This document shows, in pieces, positions 12,936 to 22,934 of a stretch of DNA of 64,000 nucleotides. The translations under genes and the position numbers were made by a program. This DNA comes from Candidatus Eiseniibacteriota bacterium (lineage in GTDB: Bacteria; Eisenbacteria; RBG-16-71-46; CAZEPH01). Each line of letters begins with the position of its first letter. The stretch's first letter is position 1. The DNA is taken from assembly GCA_044229145.1 (NCBI GenBank), contig JBGATO010000010.1, forward strand, positions 1 to 64,000, read 5' to 3'. The notes under the pieces are model-generated. The model was not told the DNA's origin. It saw only the letters and a list, made by a program, of their open reading frames with translations, and searched no databases.

Positions 12936-14365
12936 ACCTCCTGCGGTTGCCGCAACTCGAGCGCGTCCTTGCGGTGGTCGTCATTGAACGGCACCGGATA
13001 GTCCAGCGTGAAGCACGCGTAGCAATGGGTATCCGGGCGCACCACGGCAGCGCGCAAGCCTTCCATGCTGAGATACGCAAGCGTGTCGACGCCGATGTAC
13101 TTGGCGATCTCGTCGACGCTGTGCGACGAGGCGATGAGTTCACTGCGCGTCGGCGTGTCGATGCCGTAATAACACGGGCCGACCACCGGCGGCGACGCCA
13201 CGCGCATGTGCACCTCGCGCGCGCCGGCGCGGCGGAGCAGCTTCACCAGTTGGCGGCTCGTGGTCCCGCGCACGATCGAATCGTCCACCACCGCGACGTT
13301 CTTGCCGGCGAGGATCGAGCGCACCGGATTGTACTTCAGCGTCACTGCTTTGCTGCGAATGCCCGGCGTCGGATTGATGAACGTGCGTCCGATGTAGTGG
13401 CTGCGGATCAACCCATGCTCGAACGGCACGCCGAGCGTTTCGGCGTACGACAACGCCGCCGCGTTACTGGAGTCCGGCACCGCGATCACGACATCCACTG
13501 GCGCCGGCGCCTCGCGCGCGAGCTGCTGTCCGAGCCGACGCCGCACATCGTTCACGGCTTCGCCGAACACGATGCTATCCGGCCGCGAGAAGTAGATCAG
13601 CTCGAACACGCACTGGCACGGCGTCTCTGGCGCCGAGATGCGGCGACTGGTCACGCCCTCGCGGGTGATCACCACCATCTCGCCGGGGTCGATTTCGCGG
13701 ATGACGGCGGCGCCCATCGCATCGAGCGCGCAGGTTTCGCTCGCCAGTACCGAGCCGCTGCGCATGCGTCCGAGCACCAACGGCCGGAAACCGCGCGGGT
13801 CGCGGAGGCCGATCAGCATGTCCGGCGTTGCCAGCACCAGTGTGTAGGCGCCGCGGAGCAAGGTCGCGATTTCGTGGAGCATGTCCGGCAGCGTCGAGGC
13901 GTGCGAGCGCGCGAGCAGCTGCACGATGACCTCGCTGTCACTCGAGGTCGAGAACACGGCGCCTTCGCGCTCGAGTTCGGCGCGGAGGTCGCTCGCGTTC
14001 ACGAGATTGCCGTTGTGCGCGACCGCGACCGGCCCGATGCGGCAGTTGACCACGAACGGTTGCGCGTTCTCCAGGCAGGTGCTGCCGGTAGTCGAATAGC
14101 GGTTGTGTCCGACGGCCAGCGAGCCCGGCAACTTGCGCAGCACGTCGCCGGTGATGACGTCGGAGACCAGGCCAAGCCCGCGATGCACGGCGAAAGTCCC
14201 GGCGTCTGCCGCGGCAATACCCGCGCTCTCCTGGCCGCGATGCTGGAGCGCGTGCAGGGCGAGATACGCCGACACCGAGGCCTCCGGCACGCCGAGGAGA
14301 CCGACCACCCCACACTCCTCGTGGCACTCCGCCAGCTCGCCCGCGAAGGGATGACGCTCGATCAC
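12932..14365 (-). CDS. purF: Amidophosphoribosyltransferase (propeptide and Fe-S type)
   Basis: HEE|CG processing site, LQHRGQESAG, VVDDSIVRGTTS; Cys ligands in CVFE, PCYYG and CYACF. Confidence 0.96.
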   Translation of the reverse strand: MIERHPFAGELAECHEECGVVGLLGVPEASVSAYLALHALQHRGQESAGIAAADAGTFAVHRGLGLVSDVITGDVLRKLPGSLAVGHNRYSTTGSTCLENAQPFVVNCRIGPVAVAHNGNLVNASDLRAELEREGAVFSTSSDSEVIVQLLARSHASTLPDMLHEIATLLRGAYTLVLATPDMLIGLRDPRGFRPLVLGRMRSGSVLASETCALDAMGAAVIREIDPGEMVVITREGVTSRRISAPETPCQCVFELIYFSRPDSIVFGEAVNDVRRRLGQQLAREAPAPVDVVIAVPDSSNAAALSYAETLGVPFEHGLIRSHYIGRTFINPTPGIRSKAVTLKYNPVRSILAGKNVAVVDDSIVRGTTSRQLVKLLRRAGAREVHMRVASPPVVGPCYYGIDTPTRSELIASSHSVDEIAKYIGVDTLAYLSMEGLRAAVVRPDTHCYACFTLDYPVPFNDDHRKDALELRQPQEV

Positions 14366-14943
14366 GCGTGAACTCCTTGGTCCGAGGACGACGACACGGT
14401 GGCGAGGAGATCTCCTGCCGTCAGCGAGCGGTCGAACACCGCGGCCGCGGCGAGATGCGGGTTGGCCAGCACGCCATGACCGCGGCCGCGCACTTCGGCG
14501 ACCTCACGGGCAAAGCCGATTTGCGGCGGCGCCCCAGGTGCGGCGCGCAGCGCCCAGACGGTACAGCACCACGCACGCGACAGCGAGCCGGGATCACAGC
14601 CGGCGCGGCGCAGAATACCGCGCACCGTCGCGTCCGCTTCGCCGTCGTGCGGCCAGGTGACCACGACGGCATCGTTCAGGCCAGTGGGACACACCACGTC
14701 GCCGCCGGCGGCGAAGACCGCGAAGGCTTCCTTGTTCGGGTTGTGCAGCACGCCCGGACGCACCAAGGCGGCGACCGCGTCCGCGGGCGCGGTCTGCGTC
14801 CACTCGCAGACCCACACGACGCGCCGTTCGAGAGCGGCGAGCTCGGCCGGCGAGGGATGGACACGGTGCAGCAACTCACCAGTGGATTGCGCCACCAGAT
14901 CGGCGGTACGCAGCCGGACGGCCAGCCACGAGGTCGCGCTCAT
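14362..14943 (-). CDS. PurS-like protein of double length (two PurS-like halves)
   Basis: Coupled between purQ and purF; 193 aa with two NP motifs (VLHNPNKE, VLANPHLA) resembling the PurS C-terminal LLxNPxxE. Confidence 0.6.
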   Translation of the reverse strand: MSATSWLAVRLRTADLVAQSTGELLHRVHPSPAELAALERRVVWVCEWTQTAPADAVAALVRPGVLHNPNKEAFAVFAAGGDVVCPTGLNDAVVVTWPHDGEADATVRGILRRAGCDPGSLSRAWCCTVWALRAAPGAPPQIGFAREVAEVRGRGHGVLANPHLAAAAVFDRSLTAGDLLATVSSSSDQGVHA

Positions 14944-15809
14944 CGGGCGCCTCCCGCGGCGTGCACGCCGAGTGCGGTGGCGAGCGACCGGAAGAACCGC
15001 CAGCCCGGTCCGGGGGCCTCCCACGTCTCGCCGTGCCGCGTCGCGAGAGCGCGGCGCGCAGCGCCCCACTCCCCGTCGAGATCCCACGCCACCTGCCAGA
15101 GCCACAGCGCGCGCTCTGGATGCGGCATCAAGGCCAGCACGTTGCCGCGCCGGTTGGTGACCCCGGCCGCCGCATAGAGCGCACCATTCGGACTCGGATC
15201 GCCGGTGTAGGCGAACGGCACCAACGATTCGTCGCGCAATGCAGCGGCGACCTGAGGATCGCGCGTCGTGACGCGGCCTTCGGCGTGCGCATACGGCCAC
15301 GGAATTTCGGTCGCGGCCTCCCAGTCATTCGTCCACACCTGCGCGCGCGGACTCGGGGTCACGCGCACCGTCGCCCAGCGGCAGAGGAAACCGACCGGTT
15401 CGCCGGCCACTTCGTTTTGGCCCATGCCCATCTCGACGGCGCCGGGCGCCAGGCCGGGTACGAGTCCCGCCTCGACGAGGACTTGCGCGCCATTGCAGAT
15501 GCCGAGCACCGGCACGCCGGCGTCGGCACGCGCGACCACCGCGTCGACGATCGCGTCGCGCGCCGCGAGCGCACCGGCGCGCAGCCGGTCTTCGTAGCTG
15601 AATCCGCCGGGAAGCACGATGGTGTCGAAATCCGCGAGCCGCGCCGGTGCGGTCGTCCACGGCAGGATCTCGGCACGCAAGCCGACCGCCTGCAACGCGC
15701 GCTGCGTTTCGTACTCGCAGTTGACACCGGGGAAGCGAATCACCGCGGCGCGCGGCACCGCCGTGTGGCTGCCGAGGTGCGAACCGTGGTGCATCGTCAG
15801 CGTGCTCAT
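14940..15809 (-). CDS. purQ: FGAM synthase glutaminase subunit
   Basis: FPGVNCE, PGGFSYED, GICNG, AHAEGR, MPHPER. Confidence 0.95.
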   Translation of the reverse strand: MSTLTMHHGSHLGSHTAVPRAAVIRFPGVNCEYETQRALQAVGLRAEILPWTTAPARLADFDTIVLPGGFSYEDRLRAGALAARDAIVDAVVARADAGVPVLGICNGAQVLVEAGLVPGLAPGAVEMGMGQNEVAGEPVGFLCRWATVRVTPSPRAQVWTNDWEAATEIPWPYAHAEGRVTTRDPQVAAALRDESLVPFAYTGDPSPNGALYAAAGVTNRRGNVLALMPHPERALWLWQVAWDLDGEWGAARRALATRHGETWEAPGPGWRFFRSLATALGVHAAGGAR

Positions 15810-18133
15810 AGCCCGGCCTCCTCCCACCCGCCGTCCCACGCCGCGGACAACGTGGCGATGTCGAGGGTGCAGCGCACCTCCGCGCCGGCGCGCAGGACCA
15901 CGCTGCCGTCCACAGTCACCCGACCGAGCGGCGTCGCCGGCACCCCGAGTTGGGCGGCGCCGCGAAGCAGCGCCTCGTCTTCGCCGACGCGTGCCTGAAC
16001 CACGATGCCGCCGGTTTCGGCACACAACGCCACCGCCTCGCCGTGGCGGTCGACGAGATCGCCGACGTCGAGGTCGCAGCCGGCCTGCAGCGGCATCAGC
16101 ATCTCCGCCACGCAGGCGAGCAGGCCGCCAGCGCTGACGTCGTGCGCCGCCGCTACGTGCCCGGTGCGAATCAGATCGACCAGCCCGTGGATCAGCCGTC
16201 GCTCGGCGGCGAAGTCGAGATGCGGCACGTCGGTACGCGTTGCCCCGGCGAGCGCATCAAACGTCGACCCGCCGAGCGCATCGCCCGGCGCGCCGAGATA
16301 CACCAGACCGCCGCCGCACGCGTCCGCCGCCGCGCCGACCGTGTGCGTGACGTCCGGCACCAAGCCGAGGCACGCCACCATCGGCGTCGGCGGAATCGCC
16401 ACGCCGTCGTGGCTCTGGTTGTACAGGCTGACGTTGCCGCTGACGAACGGCACCGGATGCTCGGGCGCGCCGTACAAACCGAGTCCGCGCGCGGCATCGC
16501 CGAGGCCGGCCACCGCGCACGCGAGATCGTCGGCGACGTGCGGATCGCGCGGGCTGCCGAAGTTGAGACAGTCGGTGAGCGCCCACGGAATCGCGCCGAC
16601 GCAGGCAACGTTGCGCATCGCCTCGGCCACCGCGAGCACACCGCCGGCATAGGCATCGAGTGCGCACACGCCGGTCGGACAGTCGACGCTCATCGCCAAC
16701 CCGATGCGCGCGCCGGGATCGGCGAGCACCACGCCAGCATCCGCGGCGCCGCGCCGCATGGCAGTGCGCCCCTGCACGTCCCCGTCGAACGCTTCGTACA
16801 CCTGGCGCTTCGACATCACGGACGGATGCGCGAGCAGCGCGCGCCACGTCGCACCCCAGTCGGCCACGCGTAGCGCGCGGGCCGGCGTGGCGGGTGCTGC
16901 TGGCGCGGGGCGCGGGGCGCGGGTGTGCGGCGTGGCGGGCGCTTCCGCCAACGCGTCGACCGGGATATCGCAGACCGGCACGCCATCGGACACGAACACC
17001 ACGCGCCCGTCGGTGCGCGGCGTGCCGACGATGTACGCGCCGGCGTTGGGCGACAGCCGCGCGAGTTCGAAGTCCCGATTGAAGACCTCGCAGAACCGTT
17101 CGGCGGATTCCGCGGGCAGCGCGAGGATGTAGCGCTCCTGGGTTTCCGCACATGCCACCACGTCCGGCGGGAGGTCCGGCAACGCGCGCGGCACCGTGTC
17201 GAGATCGAGCGTGCAGCCGAAGCCGCCCTTCGCCGCGAGCTCGGCAGCCGCCGTCGCGAGGCCGCCGGCGCCGAGATCCTTGCAGCCGAACTCCACCTCA
17301 GCGAACCACAGCTCGCCGAACGCCACCTTCATCGCCTCGGTGAGCACGCGCTTGAGGAACGGATCCGGCACCTGCACCGCGCCCGCGGACTCGAACGTGC
17401 CGTCGAGGACCGCCGAGGCGAACGAGGCGCCACCGAGGCCGGTGGCGTCGGTGGCCTTTCCCACCAGCACGAGCACGTACTCGTGCATCGCGGCCGCGGC
17501 CGGCACACGGCTGCGTACGATCTGGTTCTCGCGCACCACGCCGAGCGCCACCACGTTGACGAGGCAGTTGGTGTCGTACGCGCCGTCGAACGCCACATCG
17601 CCGCCGAGGTTGGGCACCCCAAGCGCGTCGCCGTACAGCGCGATGCCCCGGCCCACGCCGCGCACGATGGCGCGCGTATCGGCCGCCGCGGCTCCACGCG
17701 GGTCGCCGAAGCGCAAGGCGTCGAGCACGCCAATGGTGTCGGCACCCATGCAGTACACGTCGCGCACGATGCCGCCGATGCCGGTGGCCGCGCCTTCGAC
17801 CGGAAGCAGCTGCGAGGGATGGTTGTGGCTTTCGTGCGCGAGCACGGCACAGAGCCGTTCGCCTCCCACCTCTCCGCCGGTGCCGAGCGAGACGATGCCG
17901 GCATCTTCACCCGGGCCGAGCACCACGTGCGGGGCCTCGGTGGGCAGCGTCTTCAGCAGGTGGCGGCTCGAGCGGTACGAGCAGTGCTCGCTCCACGCCA
18001 CGTCGATGACGCGGATTTCCGTCGCAGACGGATCGCGCCCGAGGATCTCGCGCAGACGCGCGGCATCCTCGGGCGCGAGGGACGGCAGCGGAAACGGGAT
18101 GGTCGGGTCGGGGGCAGTACTCGTCGGGCTCAC
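15806..18133 (-). CDS. purL: FGAM synthase synthetase subunit (small PurL)
   Basis: WSEHCSYRSS, ESHNHPS, GAATGIGGIVRD, DLGAGGL, DCLNFGSP, VSGNVSLYN. Confidence 0.96.
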   Translation of the reverse strand: MSPTSTAPDPTIPFPLPSLAPEDAARLREILGRDPSATEIRVIDVAWSEHCSYRSSRHLLKTLPTEAPHVVLGPGEDAGIVSLGTGGEVGGERLCAVLAHESHNHPSQLLPVEGAATGIGGIVRDVYCMGADTIGVLDALRFGDPRGAAAADTRAIVRGVGRGIALYGDALGVPNLGGDVAFDGAYDTNCLVNVVALGVVRENQIVRSRVPAAAAMHEYVLVLVGKATDATGLGGASFASAVLDGTFESAGAVQVPDPFLKRVLTEAMKVAFGELWFAEVEFGCKDLGAGGLATAAAELAAKGGFGCTLDLDTVPRALPDLPPDVVACAETQERYILALPAESAERFCEVFNRDFELARLSPNAGAYIVGTPRTDGRVVFVSDGVPVCDIPVDALAEAPATPHTRAPRPAPAAPATPARALRVADWGATWRALLAHPSVMSKRQVYEAFDGDVQGRTAMRRGAADAGVVLADPGARIGLAMSVDCPTGVCALDAYAGGVLAVAEAMRNVACVGAIPWALTDCLNFGSPRDPHVADDLACAVAGLGDAARGLGLYGAPEHPVPFVSGNVSLYNQSHDGVAIPPTPMVACLGLVPDVTHTVGAAADACGGGLVYLGAPGDALGGSTFDALAGATRTDVPHLDFAAERRLIHGLVDLIRTGHVAAAHDVSAGGLLACVAEMLMPLQAGCDLDVGDLVDRHGEAVALCAETGGIVVQARVGEDEALLRGAAQLGVPATPLGRVTVDGSVVLRAGAEVRCTLDIATLSAAWDGGWEEAGL

Positions 18134-19479
18134 CGGGTCTCCTGTGGTGGGGATCCGAGCACACGGGCGTACAACTGCGGGACGTGGCGGAGATAGTACG
18201 TCGGGTCGAACAAGGCGGCGAGATCCGGCCGGGGGACCAAGGCCGTGACCTCGGCATCGCCGCTCAGCCGTTCGAGGAACGAGCGCGCCGGAGCGTCTCC
18301 CTCGCCACGGCCGCCGCGTTCGTAGTCGCCCCAGGCGGCGAGCGCGTGGCGCTGCACGATGGCGTACGCCGCCTCGCGCGTCATCCCGCGTTCGACCAGA
18401 GCGAGCAGCACGCGCTGCGAATACACGAGGCCGCCGGTGAGTTCGAGGTTGGCGCGCACGCGGGCCGGGAAGACGTCGAAGCCGTCGACCACCTTGCAGG
18501 TCTCCGCCAGCATGAAGTCGGCGGCGAGGCAGGCGTCCGGAAAGATCACGCGCTCGACGGACGAATGCGAGATGTCGCGCTCGTGCCACAGCGCCTGATT
18601 CTCGAATGCCGCCATTGCGTACGAGCGCAGCAAACGCGCCAAGCCGCTGATGCGCTCGCAGTCCACCGGATTGCGCTTGTGCGGCATCGCCGATGAACCC
18701 TTCTGCCCCTGCTTGAAGGGCTCGGCTGCTTCCAAGACCTCCGTGCGTTGCAGATGGCGAATCTCGATGGCGATCTTCTCGAGTGTGCCGCCGAGATTGG
18801 CGAGCGCCGCCAAGAGCGCCGCGTGGCGGTCGCGCTGCAACACTTGCGTCGACACCGGCGCGGCGGCCAGACCGAGACGCGCCAGCGCCGCGCTTTCGAT
18901 CGCCGGTTCGAGGTGCGCGCACGAGCCGACCGCGCCCGACATCTGCCCCACCGCGAGATCGTCGAGTGCCGCGCGCAGCCGCGTCTCCTGCCGCCCGAGC
19001 TCCGCGTACCACAACAGCGGCTTGAGGCCGAACGATGTCGGCTCGCCGTGGATCCCGTGCGAGCGGCCGATGGTCGGCAGGTCGCGCCACTCCTCGGCGC
19101 GCCGCCGGCACGCCGCGCGCACTGCGGCGACGCCGTCCAACAACAGCCGTCCGGCGTCGCGCAATTGGAGGGCCTGCGCGGTGTCGACGAGGTCGCTCGA
19201 GGTGATGCCGAAATGGATCCACCGCTTCTCGTCGCCGAGCCCTTCGCCAATTTGCGTCAAGAAGGCAATCACGTCGTGATGCGTCGTCTCCTCGATGACC
19301 GCGATGCGGGCCGGGTCCACCCGCACGCCAGCACGGATGGCCGCGGCCGCCCCGCGCGGCGCGATGCCGGCGTCCTCCAACGCCTCGACCAGCGCGATCT
19401 CGACGTCGAGCCAATACGCGAAGCGCGTGTCCTCGGCGAAGACACGCGCCATCGCATCGCGGCTGTAGCGCGGAATCAC
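18130..19479 (-). CDS. purB: Adenylosuccinate lyase
   Basis: IPRYSR start, HDVIAF, GRSHGIHGEP, GSSAMPHKRNP, HERDISHSSVER. Confidence 0.96.
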   Translation of the reverse strand: MIPRYSRDAMARVFAEDTRFAYWLDVEIALVEALEDAGIAPRGAAAAIRAGVRVDPARIAVIEETTHHDVIAFLTQIGEGLGDEKRWIHFGITSSDLVDTAQALQLRDAGRLLLDGVAAVRAACRRRAEEWRDLPTIGRSHGIHGEPTSFGLKPLLWYAELGRQETRLRAALDDLAVGQMSGAVGSCAHLEPAIESAALARLGLAAAPVSTQVLQRDRHAALLAALANLGGTLEKIAIEIRHLQRTEVLEAAEPFKQGQKGSSAMPHKRNPVDCERISGLARLLRSYAMAAFENQALWHERDISHSSVERVIFPDACLAADFMLAETCKVVDGFDVFPARVRANLELTGGLVYSQRVLLALVERGMTREAAYAIVQRHALAAWGDYERGGRGEGDAPARSFLERLSGDAEVTALVPRPDLAALFDPTYYLRHVPQLYARVLGSPPQETR

Positions 19480-20693
19480 TTGTGCGCCGCCTCCGTGAGC
19501 ACCATGCGCCGCTCGAGTTTCTTGCCCTCGCGTTCGATCCCCAGCGTCATGGTGGAGTTGATCTCGGCGTCGAAGAAGGCTTGTCGCGCTTCCTCGCTGG
19601 TCGTCACCTTCTTGCCGTTGATGCCGCGGATGACGTCGCCGGGCAGCAGGCCAGCCTTGTCGGCGGGACTGCCGTCCTCGATGGTGGTGATGAGCAGCCC
19701 TTCGGTGTCCTTGAGACCGAGCCTCTGGACCCAGAGCGGTTCGAGATTGTTGAGATCGCGCACGCTGAGGCCGATCCACGGCGTCGGCACGTAACCCTTG
19801 GTGACCAACTGGCTGACGACCTTCTTTGCGCGGTCGATCGGAATGGCGAAGCCGATGCCCACCGAGCCGCCGCTCTGCGTGAAGATGAACGTGTTCACGC
19901 CGATCACCTCGCCGTCGGCGTTGACTAGCGGCCCGCCCGAGTTGCCGGGGTTGATCGCCGCGTCGGTCTGCACCATGTCCTTGTAGATGCCTTGACTGCC
20001 GCTCGACTTCACGGTGCGGTGGACGGCGCTGATCACGCCCGCGGTGACGGTCGGCTGGTTGTCGCTGATCAAATTGCCGAACGGATTGCCGATGGCGATC
20101 GCCCACTCGCCGACCACGAGATCGTCCGCGGTGCCGAGCGCCGCCTGCGGCAGCGATACGTTGCCCTTGATTTGCAGCACCGCGAGATCGTACGTCGCGT
20201 CGCCGCCCACCAGCTTGGCGTCGAATGTACGGCCGTCGGTGAGGGTCACCGAGATCTTGTCCGCCTGATCCACCACGTGTTCGTTGGTGACCACGTAGCC
20301 CTGCTTCGCGTCGATGATGAAGCCCGATCCCAGCACCGGCACCACCTGCCGGCGCTCCGGGAAGAACTGACCCCAGAACTCGTCGAGGAACGGGTCGGAG
20401 AACGGGTTCGAGCGCACCGTGCGCACCACCTGCGCCGAGATGCTGACCACCGATGGGCCCGCCTTCTGCGCCGCCTGCACGATGGCGGTGCGCCGGCCCT
20501 CGCCGATGTCCGCTACCGCGCCGCCGGAGCCGCGCGGCGTCGCCGCGGCCACCACTGCCGATGCGACCCCGCCGGGCGCGTGCTGCTTGCGCGCCGCGGC
20601 ACTGACCGCCACCCCACCACTGACCACGCCCACCAGGAAGATCACGAGCGACACGATCCCCGCGCCGCGTCCGTGGTTCGCCGGTGCGTTCAT
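19476..20693 (-). CDS. HtrA/DegP-family serine protease with a single PDZ domain
   Basis: LGSGFII, TNEHVV, DLAVL, QTDAAINPGNSGGPL; C-terminal PDZ; N-terminal TM/signal segment. Confidence 0.93.
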   Translation of the reverse strand: MNAPANHGRGAGIVSLVIFLVGVVSGGVAVSAAARKQHAPGGVASAVVAAATPRGSGGAVADIGEGRRTAIVQAAQKAGPSVVSISAQVVRTVRSNPFSDPFLDEFWGQFFPERRQVVPVLGSGFIIDAKQGYVVTNEHVVDQADKISVTLTDGRTFDAKLVGGDATYDLAVLQIKGNVSLPQAALGTADDLVVGEWAIAIGNPFGNLISDNQPTVTAGVISAVHRTVKSSGSQGIYKDMVQTDAAINPGNSGGPLVNADGEVIGVNTFIFTQSGGSVGIGFAIPIDRAKKVVSQLVTKGYVPTPWIGLSVRDLNNLEPLWVQRLGLKDTEGLLITTIEDGSPADKAGLLPGDVIRGINGKKVTTSEEARQAFFDAEINSTMTLGIEREGKKLERRMVLTEAAHK

Positions 20694-20718
20694 TGTGCGT
20701 CCTCCTCGCCCGTGCGGC

Positions 20719-21381
20719 CTACGCGTTGCCCTTCTGCTTCGCGTGGTCGGCCAGGAACTTCGCCAATCCGTTGTCGGTGAGGGGGTGCTTGAGCAACTGC
20801 TCGATCACCGCAAGCGGCATCGTGCACACGTCGGCGCCCGCTTTCGCGGCCTCGACGACGTGAATCGGATTGCGCACGCTGGCCACCAGGATCTCGGTGT
20901 CGAAGCCGTAGTTGTCGTAGATCGAGACGAGATCGCGGATGAGCGCCATGCCATCGTGCGCAATGTCGTCGAGGCGGCCGACGAACGGACTCACGAACGT
21001 TGCGCCGGCCTTCGCCGCGATCAACGCTTGCGGGGCGCTGAAGACGAGCGTGACGTTGGTGCGGATGCCTTCGTCGCTGAACTGCTTGGTCGCGACGATT
21101 CCGTCCTTGATGCACGGGATCTTGACCACGATGTTGGGATCCATCGCGGCGAGGCGCCGGCCTTCGCGCAGCATGCCCTCGGTGTCGGTGGACACCACCT
21201 CGTAGCTCACCGGTCCGCCGCCATGCTCTTCCATGATCGCGCAGATCTGTTTGACGACGTCGTCGTTGTTGCCGCCTTCCTTCGCCAGCAGGCTCGGGTT
21301 GGTGGTGACGCCGTCGAGCACACCCATGGCGGCGGCGGCACGGACGTCGGCGGGACTTCCGGTGTCGATGAAGAACTTCAT
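20719..21381 (-). CDS. fsa: Transaldolase / fructose-6-phosphate aldolase family
   Basis: [44 protein letters not shown]. Confidence 0.93.
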   Translation of the reverse strand: MKFFIDTGSPADVRAAAAMGVLDGVTTNPSLLAKEGGNNDDVVKQICAIMEEHGGGPVSYEVVSTDTEGMLREGRRLAAMDPNIVVKIPCIKDGIVATKQFSDEGIRTNVTLVFSAPQALIAAKAGATFVSPFVGRLDDIAHDGMALIRDLVSIYDNYGFDTEILVASVRNPIHVVEAAKAGADVCTMPLAVIEQLLKHPLTDNGLAKFLADHAKQKGNA

Positions 21382-22184
21382 GTCTCCTCCTTCGTGCGAC
21401 GCGACAGACCCGCTGCTTCGCCCGCGGCGAAGGCGGCGTCGTGCGGTGCGTACCGCACCTGCACCAAACACAATCCGTGTGCCGGCGCGGCGGCCCCGGC
21501 GCGCGGTCCCGGCGTTCCGGCGAGCAACCGCGCCATATCCTCCGGCGGCCGGCGCCCGCGCCCAATTTCGACCAGGGTTCCGGCGATCGTGCGGACCATA
21601 CCACGCAGGAATCGGTTGGCGACCAGAATCAGCCGCGGCCCCCCCTGCCAGCGCGCCCAGCGCGCCTCGAACATCTCGCACTGGGTGCCGCCGCCGTCCT
21701 CTGGCGGGCGCGCGACCGCCAGGAAGTCGTGGCGGCCGAGCAGCGCCGGGAGCGCGGCACGAATCGCCGTCGCGTCCGGTTCACGCGGCAGCTCATGGGC
21801 GAAGCGGGCGAAGATCGGATGCGGCGCCGTAATGAAGCGGTACTCGTACCGCCGGGCCACCGCGCTGAACCGGGCGTGGAAGCCGGCAGCCGCCTCTTCG
21901 GCCGCCCGGACGCGGATTGCCCGCGGCAATCGTGCGTTCAGTGCGCGACGGAGCGTGTCGGCGTCGAGCGCGGTGTCCAGCTCGGCGTGCGCGACTTGCC
22001 CCACCGCGTGCGCCCCGGCGTCGGTGCGGCCGGCACCCACCACGCCGACTGGCGCTCCCACGATGCTGGCGAGCGCCGCTTCGACCTCGCCTTGGATGCT
22101 CCGGTCCCCCACTTGGCGTTGCCACCCGTGGAAGCCAGTGCCGTCGTAAGCGAGCAGAAAGCGCACGCGGCGCGGCGCACTCAT
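21378..22184 (-). CDS. truA: tRNA pseudouridine(38-40) synthase
   Basis: [46 protein letters not shown]. Confidence 0.95.
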   Translation of the reverse strand: MSAPRRVRFLLAYDGTGFHGWQRQVGDRSIQGEVEAALASIVGAPVGVVGAGRTDAGAHAVGQVAHAELDTALDADTLRRALNARLPRAIRVRAAEEAAAGFHARFSAVARRYEYRFITAPHPIFARFAHELPREPDATAIRAALPALLGRHDFLAVARPPEDGGGTQCEMFEARWARWQGGPRLILVANRFLRGMVRTIAGTLVEIGRGRRPPEDMARLLAGTPGPRAGAAAPAHGLCLVQVRYAPHDAAFAAGEAAGLSRRTKEET

Positions 22185-22934
22185 GCCCGCGCCGCGATCG
22201 TCACGGCGAGCACTGCGGTGCCGGCGAGCAAGACCACGTCCGCGGTGCGCAGCCGATATGCCACGTACGAGATGCGGGGCGCACCCGGCCGATAGCCGCG
22301 CTTCCAAGGCGTGGCTGAGGGTTGCCGCCGCGCGGTGCAGCGTGCCGACCAGCAGCGGCACGCCGAAATCGCCCGTCTCGGCGAGCCGGCCGCGCCACCC
22401 CGCCGGACGCGCGCGGCCGGAGAAACGCGCCGCCAGCCGCAGGTCGCGGAGTTCCTCCATCACCAGCGGTACGCTCGCCACGGCGAGCCCCGCGCTGAGG
22501 TCGAGCCCCCGCAATCCCGGCACCCGGCGGCACGGCGCCAACACCCACGCCGCGAGATCCATCGCCTCGTCGCGGGTCGTCGCCGCCATCGCCAGCGCGC
22601 CGGTCACCCCAAGCGTCATCACGCGTATCGCGGCCGCGAATCCTGCTGGCACCCCAGCCTTGCTCACCGGCACCCAGGCCGGCCAGGTGGCCACCGCGCG
22701 CGGCCCCGGACTCAGGGCGATGTCGAGCACCCACGTCAAGACACCCATCGCCGCGAACGCGCCGCACCAGCGGAGCGCGCGCCGGGCCGGCGACGCGGAG
22801 AACGCCATCGCGACGGTCAGCGCGAGGACCATCACTTGCGCCGGACGCGACAGCGGCCACGCCGCGAGCACCAGCCAGAGCACCGTGCTGCCCCAGCGCG
22901 CGCGCGGATCGCGTCGCGCCAGCCAACCGGTCAT
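22181..22934 (-). CDS. ecfT: ECF transporter T component (CbiQ/EcfT-like), frameshift at about 22296
   Basis: DPRAR N-terminus, TM helices, AARF and ALEARG(Y) XRX motifs; 754 nt between ATGA overlaps at both ends, consistent with a 2-nt loss in GCGC. Confidence 0.7.
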
